DNA from: Chrysomallon squamiferum
Lineage: Eukaryota > Animalia > Mollusca
Direction: 5' to 3'
NCBI GenBank assembly: GCA_012295275.1
Contig: CM022675.1
Location: forward strand, 9,052,001 to 9,116,000
DNA: 64,000 nt
How positions within the stretch are numbered: position 1 is the first letter of the stretch; each line of letters begins with the position of its first letter. A model generated the notes under the pieces. That model worked only from the letters and a program-made list of their open reading frames with translations. It ran no database searches and had not been told where the DNA came from. Position numbers and translations under genes: made by a program. This document shows positions 13,471 to 33,997 of this stretch, piece by piece.

Positions 13471-15282
13471 GACTGTCTTGTTTGGCACAAACATGGATAT
13501 AAGCAGTAAAGCTATCATCAGGAACTCACAAATACACATTGATTAATTAAGATACAGACAGAAATGTACACCCACTGACAGACATACAGGCAGACAAATA
13601 ATTAAATATTTAAAATTTAGTTGGAGAGTCACATGACATGACATCAGCTGACCTCTGGTAAGTGTAAGGTTCTCAGATCGGAGTTTATTTCAAATATGGT
13701 ATCTAGGAAATCAAACTTGGCAGATTTTTGTGTGTACAATTCTCCGATCTCCATTATTTTTGGTGAACCGTCAAAATTTGCATCAACATTTTTATGTTTA
13801 TTTTTTTATATTTTGAATGATGCTTCAAAATTTTAATTATATTATAGGACACAACAGTTTTATTTAATTTTATTTATTTATTTATTATTATTATTATTTT
13901 TATTATTATCTTTCTTTTTTTCTTTTTATCACACTTTATTTTTTTGTGGTAGGACAGAAATATTAATAGTGAATTATCATATGTACTTCTTTTTTTAAAT
14001 TTAAATTTTTTATTATTATTATTATTATTATTTTATGTTTTCATTGTAACAAAATATTATAAGCAATAAGCTAATTTTATTAATTATTTATTTATATTAT
14101 TTTATGTTATTATAATTGTTTTTGTTGTTGTTGTTGTTATTATTATTATTATTATTATTTTCAACAAAATATAAATATTCCTAATAAATAATATACAAAT
14201 AAATAAATGCAAATGTAAATTAAAATATTATCTACAGTTCAATTATAAGTAAAGGTGAATAAATGAATCAAAATATAGTATAATTATAATTTTAATTTAA
14301 TTTAATATTCATTACATAATAACTATAGACCATACTAATTTTGTTTTAATATCTGCAGGTTTTTTATTTTAATATTCTTTTATTTTGAAATGAAATTAAA
14401 ATAATTACAATAATATTTTGTTCTTTTTTTCTTTTATTTAAGAAGGAAATTAATTAAATTGCTTTTAAATTTAAATTTGAATAATTTGTTGTGTCTTCTA
14501 ATATAAACAAAAAAAAATTCTACTTTTATTTTTTTTTTTTCATTAATATTTTTCTTATTTATATTTTTTCTCACAATTCCTCACCAATTTTTGGATTTTT
14601 TATAAATGCTATTTTTATTAATTTTTTTAAATATTCTTTTGTAAACAAAATATTTAAATATTTTTCAAAATATTATAAAACTGTACCTGAAATGCAGCGA
14701 CACTGAGTCACCTGGTGAGTGATGATACCCCCACCTCAGGTTGGCTAATAAGAGATAACTCCTACTTGAAAAAGAGTTATCTGCCCCACCTCAGAGTGGC
14801 TAATACGGATTAACTCAAACTTGAAAACGAGTTAACTGGGGGACTGTTCACTTTAGGTACAGAAAATATTTTATTATGTTCACATTTTGATACATTTTAT
14901 ATAAAAATGTTTCACATTAGAAAAATTGCATATTTTTTCTGAAGATTTTTGATTAAATAAAATATTTGGAATTATGAATTATTGTGAAATGTTCCTTTAA
15001 TTCAACAGACCATTAAAATAACTAGTATATATTTTTTTATATATATAAATAATTGTGTAAAGTAAATTTATTATTATTATTAATATTACTGTTGTTGTTG
15101 TTATTAATTATATGTTGTATCATTAATTTTTTGTTTTTATTTATTTTCTTTATTGATTTACTTAATTATTTATTTGTTTGTTTATTTAATACTGGTTCGT
15201 ATATTGATGAATATGATTTATTTTATTTTTTGTTTTGATACTATAATCATTGCTGTCATTACTGTTTTGTTGTTATTATTTA

Positions 15283-15486
15283 TATTATTATATTATATCA
15301 TATCATATCATATCATATCATATCATATCATATCATATTATATTATATTATATTATATCATATCATATTATATATCATATCATATCATATCATATCATAT
15401 CATATCATATCATATCATATCATATCATATCATATCATATCATATCATATCATATCATATCATATCATATCATATCATATTATATT
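15283..15486. repeat. (ATATC)n pentanucleotide microsatellite
   Basis: Direct reading. Confidence 0.9.
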
Positions 15487-17143
15487 ATTATTGGTGTTGC
15501 TCTTGTTGTTCTTTCTGTTTTTGTTATTTCCACAGTGCCAGTAAAAAAATCATCAAAATAAAACACACCTGCTAACAATAATAATTTGTACCACCAAGTT
15601 GTGTACGGTGTTATGAACTCTGAATTACCAGTAGCAAAATAAGAAATCAAACTGTTAAAAACTTTAAAACATTTATTCTTTCTTTTTAAATTTTCACAGT
15701 GAATATCAAATATATCACAGCCACACATGTTTGAAACAATTTTAAACCAAAAAAAAAAAAAAAAATGGAACAAAAAATTTAATCAGTTTTTATGTTTCAT
15801 AAAAATAGTATAATAATAATAATATTTAAGAAATTTTAAAACAATTCAGTGATATTTTTCTCAAAAACTGTACAAACATTTCAAAATAATTAATTCAAAA
15901 TAATTCCATAACATATCGAGAATGCTGTATTGTAATTAACATTGCAAAACCATAACATATCATCTCATGAATAAATAATACTGTGTCATAAGGCTATTAC
16001 AATTTGATTTCGTGAATAAAAAAAAATAATAATAATAATTCTGAAATATTATAGCGACATTACCCAATCTCAGTTAGTACCAATATTTGTCAATTTTTCA
16101 TGACAAAAAATTAGGGGACATCATTATGCATTACAATCATCATCATGATTATCATCAACATCATCATCAAAATCATTATAAAATCCTTATTAGATCTAAA
16201 TTACAGTTTTAGGAACAGAATTTAAAAATTTGTGTTTGTTTTTTGTGTTAGTGCAAAGACTGTTTGGGTTCATCTGGGGGAATGAACTGTCACAGTCACC
16301 TCGGAATGAACTGTCAAAGTCACCTGGGGAGGGGGAATGAACTGTCAAAGTCATCTATCTATTGTAAAATGATTGACATATAATCAAGATATTTTTTAAT
16401 TACTGGCCAAGAAGAAATGGCAAGAAAAACGTTAATATACTGGCAGCCATAATTAATCTTGACGTGAAATATTCGATATATTTATTAATACTGGTTTGGT
16501 ATGATAATTATAATACGTTGTGTTAATACTGTATTTGGTATGACAATTATAATACATTGTGTTAATACTGTATTTAATGTTCGTAATATTTCGACATATT
16601 TAAAAACACAAAACAATAACATTCTATATACAAGTAATAAAAACATGCAGCATAACAAAGTAAATAAAACAGAATCATGATAATTAAATTTAAATATAAA
16701 ATAAATTAATAATTTACATATATTTTTCTTTTTTTAAAATCGCACATACTCCCTTAAACAAAATATAATAACAAAAATTCCTCATGAAATCACAAACTTA
16801 ATAAAACAAATACAGCTCCGCAGAAATCAGTGGAAAACTGTTTCAACCAATCACAATGAAGGATATATTAATTTCCATCTCAGTATTAAAACATCACAAC
16901 TATATGATCACTAATGTTTAAAATAAATTAACTGGTCTCGAGTTTCTCAGTTTGAAGATACGTGATATTTTTTTAGGTTATATACATTCTCTTGTCTTCG
17001 TCGTCGTCGTAATAATGTTGTTCTTGTTGTTGCTGCAACTGCTGATGCTATGACGCAAAAATTCTGTACGTCAATTTTTGTAGGTACCACAGAACACGTT
17101 GTTGTTGCTTTTTTTTTTTACAGGCATATATAAAAAAACAACC

Positions 17144-17174
<31 letters not shown>

Positions 17175-17200
17175 AAGCATTGAATTCTCCTCTTCTAAGA

Positions 17201-23783
<6,583 letters not shown>

Positions 23784-24453
23784 CTGAAATAAATAAATAA
23801 ATAAATAAATAAATAAAATAAAATAAAATAAAATAAAATAAAATAAAATAAATCAAAATAAAATAAAATAAAATAAAATAAAATAAATCAAAATAAAATA
23901 CAATAAAATAAAAATAATAAAAATCAACATTTAATAAAATAAAATAAAATAAAATAAAGAAATAAAATAAATCAAAATAAAATAAAATTAGTAAAATAAA
24001 ATAAAATAAAACATAGAAACAAAAAAGGATAAGAAAAGATTTAGATATATATCAATAAGAAAACTTCGACCTTTAAGCGCTAAATTTTGTTTTCCAACGT
24101 TTTAGCTGTTGTAATTCCGTAGCGAAGGATAGAAGCGATTCAACAGGTAGATCAGACTTTACTAATCTCTCTTTTTGTATACTCAGCAATGAACTGAAGT
24201 CGAGTGGGTGTGTAGGGATTAACTGCAGGGTTTGTTTTGCCACGTAATCCCAGATCTGTTCAACTTAGAGGGATAACTGAATAATCCTTTAAGCGATAGT
24301 TCAAAATCTGTAGAATGCCAGATTAAGACTTAAAGGAACAAAGCCGCGGACATAACAAATGATTCTGCACAAAGGCATGTTTGAACAATTTTTATATATA
24401 GATAATGTTAATAAGTGTATTAGTAGTAGAGTTGTTTTGTTTGTTTGTTTGCC

Positions 24454-24518
<65 letters not shown>

Positions 24519-26039
24519 CATCACTATTATTACAGACTTCAGATATGTTACCACGACAGGCAAACTTGAACAATGTTCAAACTATATTTATGTTATCCGT
24601 TTAATAAAATTTTGTCTATTTTTTTTCGATTTAATTTTAATTTTTGTTTAAAATTAAAAATATAAATTAATTAATAACTACATTCGACTAAAACAAAAAC
24701 AAAAAACAAAACAGATATATTAATTCATTCATTCATTCTAAATTTTCATCTCTTATTTACTTATTTTTATCTTAATTTTTGTAAAAAAATATTTGTATTC
24801 TATCCTCCACCACCACCCTCCCAAAAAAAAAAAAAAAAAAAAAAAAACCCACTGTACTAACGGCCCGCCCTTTCGTTGGATGGTAGGGCTACATTTATTT
24901 AAAGGCGCATGTCCGCCATTGTTTCTGAACGCTTTGTCCATAAACCGTGATTTCCACCCTAACGTCTGGCAGCACTTCAGCCAAAGCGACGCGCACGTTT
25001 AAAAAAATATTACTCGCCTCAGAGACGTTTTATTTAAAACCCGCCGATAACCGATCTATCGAATAACATGTCTGTAATCCAAGAATATGTTTATATGTCT
25101 GACTTAATTCACACTCGAGTGACCCGCGATAGACTGGAACGGCTAAATCAAATAAGTATAAACTGTCATTCCGATAACATGTACTTTTATACACCTTATT
25201 CTTTGTGGTGTTTCTCTTTTGTAATTCTGTTTGTTTGGGGTTTTTTTGTTGTTGATCTGTTACAGCAGTTTTATTGCATTAGCGCGTATAATATTGAATA
25301 GCACGTTTTAATATGTCGAGTAGCCGAATTTTATGTAATTATGGTTTACTCGGTAGTTATGTATTTGATTTATTATATACATATTATACCATATTTATGT
25401 ACCACCTTTTCCATACTAAGCGTACTCAAGAGTGCTTAATGTATATGTCTGTAGTAGTAGTAGTTATTGTTGTTGTAACAGCCGTTGTAGCAGTAGTAGT
25501 AGTAGTAATAGCTGTTGTAGCAGCAGTAGTAATACTAGTAGGAGCAGTCCACTTGCTACTACAACTACAACTACAACCATTACTACTACTATTACAGCTT
25601 TTGCTATTGCCACTGCTATAACAACTACTGAACTGTTACTGCTACTATTACTACTGTTACAGGTATTGTTATTGCTCCTGTTACTATAACAACTACTACT
25701 ACTACTACTGCTGCTTCGACCACTACTATTAATGTCACTTCTCTGGCAACTTCTACCAACACACCCAACACCACTGAAACCACCCGTTTAACAAATCCAG
25801 TTTAATTATTGAATTTCTTTTACGTGTGTAGCAATCAAATGACTAGAATAATATAATCACAACGGAATTAGATACGTGACCTTAATTCCGTACAATTACG
25901 GTTAAAGCCGTTGTCGCCTAGAACGTGAAAAACTGAATAATTTATTATAACTGGGTGCAGATGACTTCAGATAGTTTCACATAATTTGAATGTAACAAAA
26001 TCATTCTATCAACTTTTTTCTGTTATATATTAAAAAAAT

Positions 26040-26107
26040 GTAGTAGTAGTAGTTTTGATGGTAGTAGTAGTGCCAGTAATAGTAGAAGAAGTAGTAGTAG
26101 TTGTAGC

Positions 26108-26139
<32 letters not shown>

Positions 26140-26205
26140 AAGTAGTAGAAGTAGTAGTAGTAGTAGTAGTTGTTGTAGTAGTAGTAGTAGTAGAAGAAGA
26201 AGAAT

Positions 26206-26238
<33 letters not shown>

Positions 26239-26347
26239 AAGAAGAAGTAGTAGTAGTAGTAGTAGCAGTAGTAGTAGTTGTAGTTGTAGTAGTTGTATTA
26301 GTAGTAGTAGTAGAAGAAGAAGTAGTAGTAGTAGTAGAAGACGAAGA

Positions 26348-26387
<40 letters not shown>
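26040..26387. repeat. (GTA)n/(GAA)n compound microsatellite
   Basis: Direct reading. It generates the spurious poly-Val ORF 26055..26636. Confidence 0.9.
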
Positions 26388-26694
26388 TTTTCCTCTTATA
26401 TGTTTAAGCAAGGCTATTTTTCGGTACATAACAGAATACATCGCAAGATAACTTATTTAGCACTGCGAAGAAAATTCTTATTTAATATGTGCATCTTCAA
26501 TCTCTTCATTATTATCTTCTTTTTCCTTTTCTTTTCTTTTTTTTCTTTCTTTCTTTCTCTCTTTATTCATTTTATGACTTTTTTATTTTTTTATTTTTTT
26601 TATTGTGGTTCTTTTTTCAGGCTTAAAGGGATTTAATTATAATTAAAGCCAGCAGATTAAATCAACTTCCAGTGAATTAAAGAATTAAATATTA

Positions 26695-26835
26695 ACCCAC
26701 CGAAGCTGTATGTCTACGCAAAACAGTCGAGCAAGGTCTCGAAGGCCAGCGAAATCGCAAGATTTCGTGACGTCATGCAATTCCCAACATGGCGGAATGT
26801 CTCGCCGTTAACCAAAAACAGAATTACCGGGGTCG
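26695..26835. promoter_or_regulatory. CpG-rich regulatory island with CRE and YY1-like motifs
   Basis: TGACGTCA at ~26768 and AACATGGCGG at ~26786 within a CpG-rich patch in AT-rich DNA. Confidence 0.35.
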
Positions 26836-27700
26836 CTTACAACATAATTAAATATGGATAACCGTGTTCGCAATTCAGGACACCGTTCAACCTTTTACAC
26901 GAAGAAGAGAATTTAAAAACCTATTTCTGTTATAAAAAAGAAGAGAGGAAAATAAATAAATAAAAAGAACCCAACATTTTTGTTGCAGTCGAAGTGGATT
27001 AAAGGACACTGTTAAAAGTAACTTATTAAAGGCATGTTTGAATACGCTGCTTTTTAAGTGCGGTGTTTTATGCGTTTCTCGTTGTTAACGCTGTGCAACA
27101 ACGAATAAAAGGCAGAGTTTATTTATTGAAATTTTATTCGTTTTTGTTTGTTCAACAGTTTGGCAGATCGGAGACAGAGTCTAGACACGACAATCTCCAT
27201 AATCCATAATTCATAACAGGCACGAGCTACCTTTTTTTTGTTTTTTTTTTGTTGTTTTTTTTTGTTTTTGTTTTTTTACGAGAAGTTGGCCGCATGAGAC
27301 ATAGCTCATCTTCAGGCGGGCCGCAGGTACTAATTTAGACGATTTTGTGTTTTTACGAACAGTTTATTTTAAGAAATTGTTCATTTTCATTTACTTCAGC
27401 AACTGTTATAATAAAAAAAATAAAAAATAAAAAAATTACATGTGTTTTAGTATGTTAGTAGATAGAAAATAGACTCATTTTATAAAATGAGTTACTTCAG
27501 CAACTGTTATAATAATAATAAAAAAAATTACATGTTTTAGTATATTAGTAGATAGAAAATAGACTCATTTTATAGAATTTGAATTAATGTTATTCTCCTT
27601 ATTCTCGCAGTTTGCCCATGACTGATTTAGAAGACATTTTCCCGTCCGTGTGTGTATTATGCCACTGTCTGTCAGAAGTCCAAGTTTTGTTCGACGTTTA

Positions 27701-27855
27701 CGGGAAGGTGCATATATAGCACCCCTTTCTGCTAATCGAAAAACAAGCCAGTAATGGCTGAAGTCAGTTTCGCTCGCATTATTTAATGTTTTAGACTATC
27801 TAAGCGTGGATTAAAAAATATGCTAAGTGGGTCGTTAAATAAAGTATTTCTTCCT
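27701..27855 (+). mobile_element. Diverged SINE 3' fragment
   Basis: GGTGCATAT..CCCTTTCTGCTAATCGAAAA...GTCGTTAAATAAAGTATTTCTTCC resembles a recalled gastropod SINE body and tail. A related CATTTAAAAGATCCCTTGCT core recurs in the TIMELESS repeat introns (e.g. ~39151, ~39676). Confidence 0.45.
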
Positions 27856-28483
27856 CTTTTTTTTTTAATATTCTTAATATATCAAGTTGTTGAAATATTG
27901 TTTGTTTACCAGAGAAAAGGCTCGTTAAATTTTGAGAGGCTTTTTTATGATTGTGAAGCCTTTCGTTTATGGTCGTTCCACGGGCCAACGTGACATATTT
28001 GAACGGTAAAAATTAGTCTGGAATTAGTGAGCTGAAATTCTGAACAGGTTTTTTTTTTTTTTTTTTCACAGGTGATGACTTAAAGGTGTAGCCGGAGTTT
28101 GTTTAATTATGGCTAAATGCTAGCAATTTTATAATAAGTTAATATTAAAATAAACATCGTTATAAACCAGTGTGTTTGTGTTGTTTTTTTCTGAGTATGT
28201 TTTCATTCTCCTTTCTCGCTAAATATATTCATCTTTCTCTTTTTTTTTTTTTTTTTTCTTTTCATTTTGTCAATGAATCTCTCTTTTTCGTTACTTATGG
28301 TTACCTGTCAGTGAATCTGTCAATCGTTCTCTTCACTTTCTTATTTATTCTTCTGTCACTTTCTCGTAATTTTCTATTTTCTTATCTCTCTCTCTCTTTC
28401 TCTTTCTTTCTTTCTCTGTCAGTCTGTCTTCTAGCTTTCAGTCTATTTATCTATCTCTTTCTCTCTTTATATATCTTTCTGTA

Positions 28484-28608
<125 letters not shown>

Positions 28609-29095
28609 CCTTCTCATATTATTCTGAAAATCTATTAATGAACAAACTGCCATAAATTTAACTTTTATTCTTCATGCTAGCCAAAATTATATCTATTGAG
28701 ACAACGGAGATAAAGATTTTCAACCAAAACCTATTAAGACAGGACACCCCACCCCCCGTTAATAAGGACAATAATGAATGATCCTCTCTGTATACAGGAC
28801 AATATCGAATAAAAAAATAATTAATCAACATTAAAGTTCACTCGCGCACGTCTGATAGTCTGTTTGTGTGAATATTACAATGCAGTTTAGTACCGTTCAA
28901 AATTTACGCTTTCTTTTCGAACGAAGTTTATCCATTAACGACTGTTCTGTATATGAATTATCTCGTATTTCACAGTAGCGTTGAGATAAACGTAGTTATA
29001 CTGTGCAGTTTATGCTCAAGTATTATGTAAGACCAACAGTTTGTTCTAGATGTCTATCTACTTAGAGAAACGGAAAAAAAGTCAATAATAAATCA

Positions 29096-29184
<89 letters not shown>

Positions 29185-29683
29185 TAACAATAACAATATA
29201 AAAGAAAATATCAATGAAATTTAAAAATTAAATAATAATGATAACAAAAAATATATTAAAATGTTAAATCAAAAAGATAAAAAAAATAAAAAAATAAAAA
29301 ATTTAAAAAAATAACAAAAAATGGCATGATTCGATCCTATTATCGAACGATCAAATATCTAAGCTTACCTTGAAGTGTTAAAACATTTTATTACAAATAA
29401 ACAACTCGTAATACTATTACCCGTTTATCTATCGTACATCTAACACAAATAACCTAGACATGCGTAATATCCCAGATATATCTAACGGATGCATATCTAG
29501 GATATCGTCTGCAAAACTTATTGAACGTAGTCAGGCATATTATTCAGCTCGTAACCTGGAGAGGCGTGCATCAGTGCAGATTTCAAAGATAGCACGCGAA
29601 ATCCGTGACAGTTGAACTACGTCAGACAAATAAATTACGTAATGATTAAACTGATCTCGTATTTTCTCATCGCAGATTGATCT

Positions 29684-29775
29684 GGCTATAACTCGGTGAC
29701 AGGGTACTACTTTGAGACGCAGTGGGGTTATGGGATCGATTCCCCTCGCTGCGTCCCCTTTAGCCATTTCGTGTT
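29684..29775 (+). mobile_element. tRNA-derived SINE head remnant
   Basis: A-box-like TAACTCGGTGA and B-box-like GGATCGATTCC at tRNA spacing, but no convincing cloverleaf. Confidence 0.4.
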
Positions 29776-30023
29776 TAATACTTTGCTGTTTATGAGAAGG
29801 TAGGTGCAACTAATATACCATTTGCTGGTAAGTGATATGAGTAACTATCCAAATATAAAATTTCAGTATTAATAAAAGAAAGACAACTCTTCAGTTATCC
29901 TTTTTATTTATGTCTATATTCTATGAACGATCTGACGTCAAGAATGCAGAACTGTCTTGTAGCGCAAGGAAAGAAAATTACTCTTGTTATAACGCATATA
30001 ACTAACATCTTTATAATAATAAC

Positions 30024-30076
<53 letters not shown>

Positions 30077-30419
30077 AGCTTAGAACAACGCTATGGATAT
30101 TAAAAAATATATATTAGTACAAGCAAAGATTTAAACACACACGCACACACACAGACTCAGTCGATAAGAAAAGACTCAGTCGATAAGAAAACATTACATA
30201 ACTCAACAAAATTGATTCTAGCACAAAGAGATAACACAAAGGAATGAATTTTAAAAATAATAATAATAAAAATAAAAAAATAAAATAAAAAAATACATAA
30301 CACAACAATAAATCTATTGATGCGAATCGAACCATCGACCTAGCTCACCCGAGCGGTTATTCAATGCAGAAACAAAAGGAGATCAAAGGACTGGTTTAAA
30401 AAAAATGTTCGACTACTGC

Positions 30420-32000
30420 ATTAAAGGTGACTTGTCTAACATGGGAACAAGTGTCGAGGTATTAATCATTCATTGAGCCGATACAGTTACCTTTTGTACG
30501 CTAATTGATCCAGTGAGACAAAGTTAATCACCTGGTATATTGCGTAAAGGTGAATTCACACGAAATGATTCGACCAGTCTGGTAATATATGAACAAACAG
30601 TGTGTTGATTTGGCTAAAGGTCTGTTCAAATGAAATAATTTGACATGTGTGCCAGTTGATGTAGGCACTGATGATTTGTTTATAGGTGTATTCATACGGA
30701 ACAATTTTGACATGCCTGTTATTTCATTCATATGCAATGTCTAAATGTATGTTCATACGGTATAACTCGACCTGCCTGTTCATTGACCCAGACGATAAAA
30801 CAAGCTATATGCTAATTTGCTTAAATGCGTATTCAAACGGTACAACTCGAACTATTATTTGACTGAAACAAATCATGTTATATTATTTAAAGGCGTCTGC
30901 ACACGTTATATTTTTACATGTCTGTTAATTACAACATTGCTTAAAAGATGTGTTCATACGGTACAACATTTACTTGATTCACTTTTACATATCTAATCGT
31001 TTTATATATACTTAAGCACCACACGTAATATTTTGACATGTCACATATTTGATCCATGAACGACACTGCAGAAAAATGTGTTCACACAAAGCGTAATTCA
31101 AACTGTCTTCAAAATGATTCAGCGACACACATTTTGTTTTGACTTGACTTGCTTAAAGGTACGTTTACACGATATAACTTAATTTGTGTACTATCGAAAC
31201 ATACAAACATAATTATTATAATATTACATTACTTATAGGTACTTTTACACGATATAATTCAGTTTGTGTTCTAATTCATCGAGACATAAAAACTTAATCA
31301 TCTTACATTACGTAAAGGTGTATTTATATGGCATAACTCGAAATATCTTTTAACTGACCCAAATCTTAAACTGATTTGCTTAAAGGTCTTTTACACGATA
31401 TAACTTGATTTGTTAATTGATTCAGCCATAGAAACCTCATTTTTTTTGTTGTGTTGGTTTTAAAGGCATGAACACACTTTTTAACATAAACTGTTAATTA
31501 ATCCACTCATACAAATCTATTCATGTGTTTTACTTAAAGGTGTGTTTATACGGTATAATTCGGCGTGTCTACTGAATGATTCAGTTATATCAACTAATCA
31601 TGGATACTAATTTTAGGTTGATACATAAGCTACAACTCTTAAATGTTAAGTAATCCAGTCAGAAAAATTCAAAATGTATTGATTTGCTTCAAGGTATATT
31701 ATTCATACGATATATATTTTAGAAACGTTCGTTAACTGGTCATGTTTTGCATTTTATAATCCTTAAATATATGTTCATTATACGACACGACTCGAATTGT
31801 TAATCCAGCTATAGAAATATAAACACATACTGCTTAAAGGCATGTTCACACAATGTAATTTGACATGCCTTAACCGATTCAGTAATAATTTATTGACTTA
31901 AAATTATGTTGCAACTTGATGTCTATTTATTGATTCAGTCGTACAAAACTAATACTGTCAGCTTAATGGTATGTTCATGCAGTATAACTTGAAACAAACC
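30420..32000. repeat. Highly diverged tandem array, ~21 units of 55-80 bp anchored on TTAAAGGtgtgTTCAtACGgtATAACTcGA
   Basis: The anchor recurs at e.g. 30741, 30821, 30887, 30941, 31153, 31233, 31312, 31380, 31460, 31534, 31611, 31688, 31763, 31834, 31898 and 31963, often followed by TTAATTGATTCAG. Confidence 0.75.
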
Positions 32001-32207
32001 TCTACAAAATTAAAGTAATGTTATTAAAAGTATGTAACAGAAATAGAAAATATATATTATCATAAATTAAATATTATACACTGTTTTATGCAACTCCTTT
32101 TATTCTTTTTGATATATATTATTAATGGCTTCTTTTAATTTCAGTAAGGAATTGTTTATATACTTCTGTTTAGTCATTTTATTCTGCACTAAAGATAAAA
32201 ATAATAG

Positions 32208-32263
<56 letters not shown>

Positions 32264-33344
32264 AGAAAATCATATTAGCATGATGATCGATAGCTAAATT
32301 CCAGGTTGTCTTGTACATTAAAAAGATATTTTCATGGTACATGTTATAACGTTATTCATCTGACATTTCCAAAATGATCAAACCGTTTTATTTCTCCATA
32401 TATTACTTTTAACAGACAACCTGCAAGCGGATAAAGTCATTTATTTGATACCTCAAGATTAAAAACCGTCGTACAACGCGTGGCATTATTTAAAAAAAAA
32501 ATTTAAAAACATTTTCGAGATTGTCTAACGTGGTGTAATGTTATTTTTGTTTTTTTTTACGATTGCGAAATAATTAATCGAGTTATTTTAAACTGACACA
32601 AGACACACACAAAAATAACACATCTGACATTTGAGGTAATCGATCGTTGCATATCGCCTTTTTATTTTACCTATGTACTAAATATCCAGCCGCTTACATT
32701 AAAACCTACTGCGAGACAATTAAAGGTTTTATACCGCAGTGTTATTACATGCGTAAGATAACTGATAATTCTATAACGCCTTTTATTTACCATTTACGAA
32801 TTGATATAGCGTTATATAATTTATTTCATTTTTTTTTTTTTTTTTTGCTTCGTAATAAACAAATGTATTAAAATCTTGTATTTCGTATTTATTACGGATG
32901 TGAATACTGCAAATAACGGGTTCATAAATGAAAGGGCACATCTTCTCCCCACCCCCAGCCCTGAAAACTGAACTTATAATAAATACAGATTTGGCGACAT
33001 TTTTAAATTACCACATATCTGTATTTAAAATTTAATTAAATCTTATTTATTTTCTTTTATTTTTTTTATTTTTTATATTTTATTAATAATTTTATACATA
33101 TAAATGCAAGAATGATTATAGGCATATTTTATTTTATTTTACTTAATGCAGATACTGGCAGACATGAAAAAAACAAATCAAAATTATTTTTAAAAAATGC
33201 TCTCTAAAAATAATTAGTTTTAAAAAAACACCCATAATAGCCTTCATACATTTAGTGGCAGACACTATTATTATTTAGAAATAACAAAACATATTCGACA
33301 GTGACAATACAAAACGTACGTCAACACTACACTGTTCAATAAAC

Positions 33345-33378
<34 letters not shown>

Positions 33379-33447
33379 GACACATATCTATACAATACGT
33401 TATCAGTATTATACCACTAACGTTATTCTATACACCCGTACACTTAC

Positions 33448-33578
33448 GTGTATATCCAGGTAGCAGCGCGTGGTACCCACAAATTGCTTTTTTCGTTTTT
33501 CTTTCCGCCTGTGCCCCAGTCTGTTGGTTCTTTCCTCGTGTGTTCGTCATTTTCAGCAAACAACTGCAGGGAAGTCAT
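33448..33578 (-). CDS. Probable first coding exon of the C7orf31-like gene (MTSLQLFAENDEHTRKEPTDWGTGG...WIYT)
   Basis: ACC-ATG start and an open frame to a perfect GTAAGT donor in phase 2, which matches the phase-2 acceptor of exon 23712-23783. A promoter-like island lies immediately upstream. Confidence 0.55.
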
Positions 33579-33679
33579 GGTTAAAACAGAATTTTCAAAA
33601 AAAAAAAAATTAATAATTTTATATAATTTTTTATATATATATAACTATCTATCTTATTTTATTTTGGACTATTTAAAAA

Positions 33680-33810
33680 ACTTCTGCTACAACCGCTCTG
33701 ACACAAAGTTCGCGGCAAGTCCAGGCTACTGTAACGAGTCCCTAGCTACCGTTGCTAAGTGTGTATGTTAATTAGCTTGGCGAACCATTTGCTTCCGGTT
33801 GTTCAACAGG
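33680..33810 (-). promoter_or_regulatory. CpG-containing promoter-like island with RFX X-box-like and ETS-like sites
   Basis: GTCCCTAGCTAC (33738-33749) adjacent to GTTGCTAAG (33751-33759), and CTTCCGG near 33792. It lies just upstream of the candidate first exon of a ciliary-type gene. Confidence 0.45.
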
Positions 33811-33962
33811 TTTTTTTTTTTTTTTATTTTCCCCTTCTGTCTTATCGGATCAGACTTTTAAAAACACTTTGTTCTGTAATCGCCTTAACTAAGCATGGGC
33901 CATTTATAGGGGTAGGTATTAGGGGCGGTTCCAAAGTTTCTAAATATGGGACTTATCTAATA

Positions 33963-33997
<35 letters not shown>

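Noticed and set aside
9560-15575. Many ORF-track entries of poly-I/L/V, CV-rich or (IISYH)n sequence
   Set aside because: Translations of micro- and minisatellites; no splice or homology support.
25313-26636. Hydrophobic poly-Val/Leu ORFs resembling membrane proteins
   Set aside because: Derived from (GTA)n and (CTA)n microsatellites.
29684-29775. Possible tRNA gene
   Set aside because: A/B-box-like motifs are present, but there is no consistent acceptor/anticodon stem; it fits a SINE head better.
30420-32000. CRISPR array interpretation of the core-plus-spacer pattern
   Set aside because: Cores are too divergent, spacers are related to each other and variable in length, there are no cas genes, and the context is eukaryotic.
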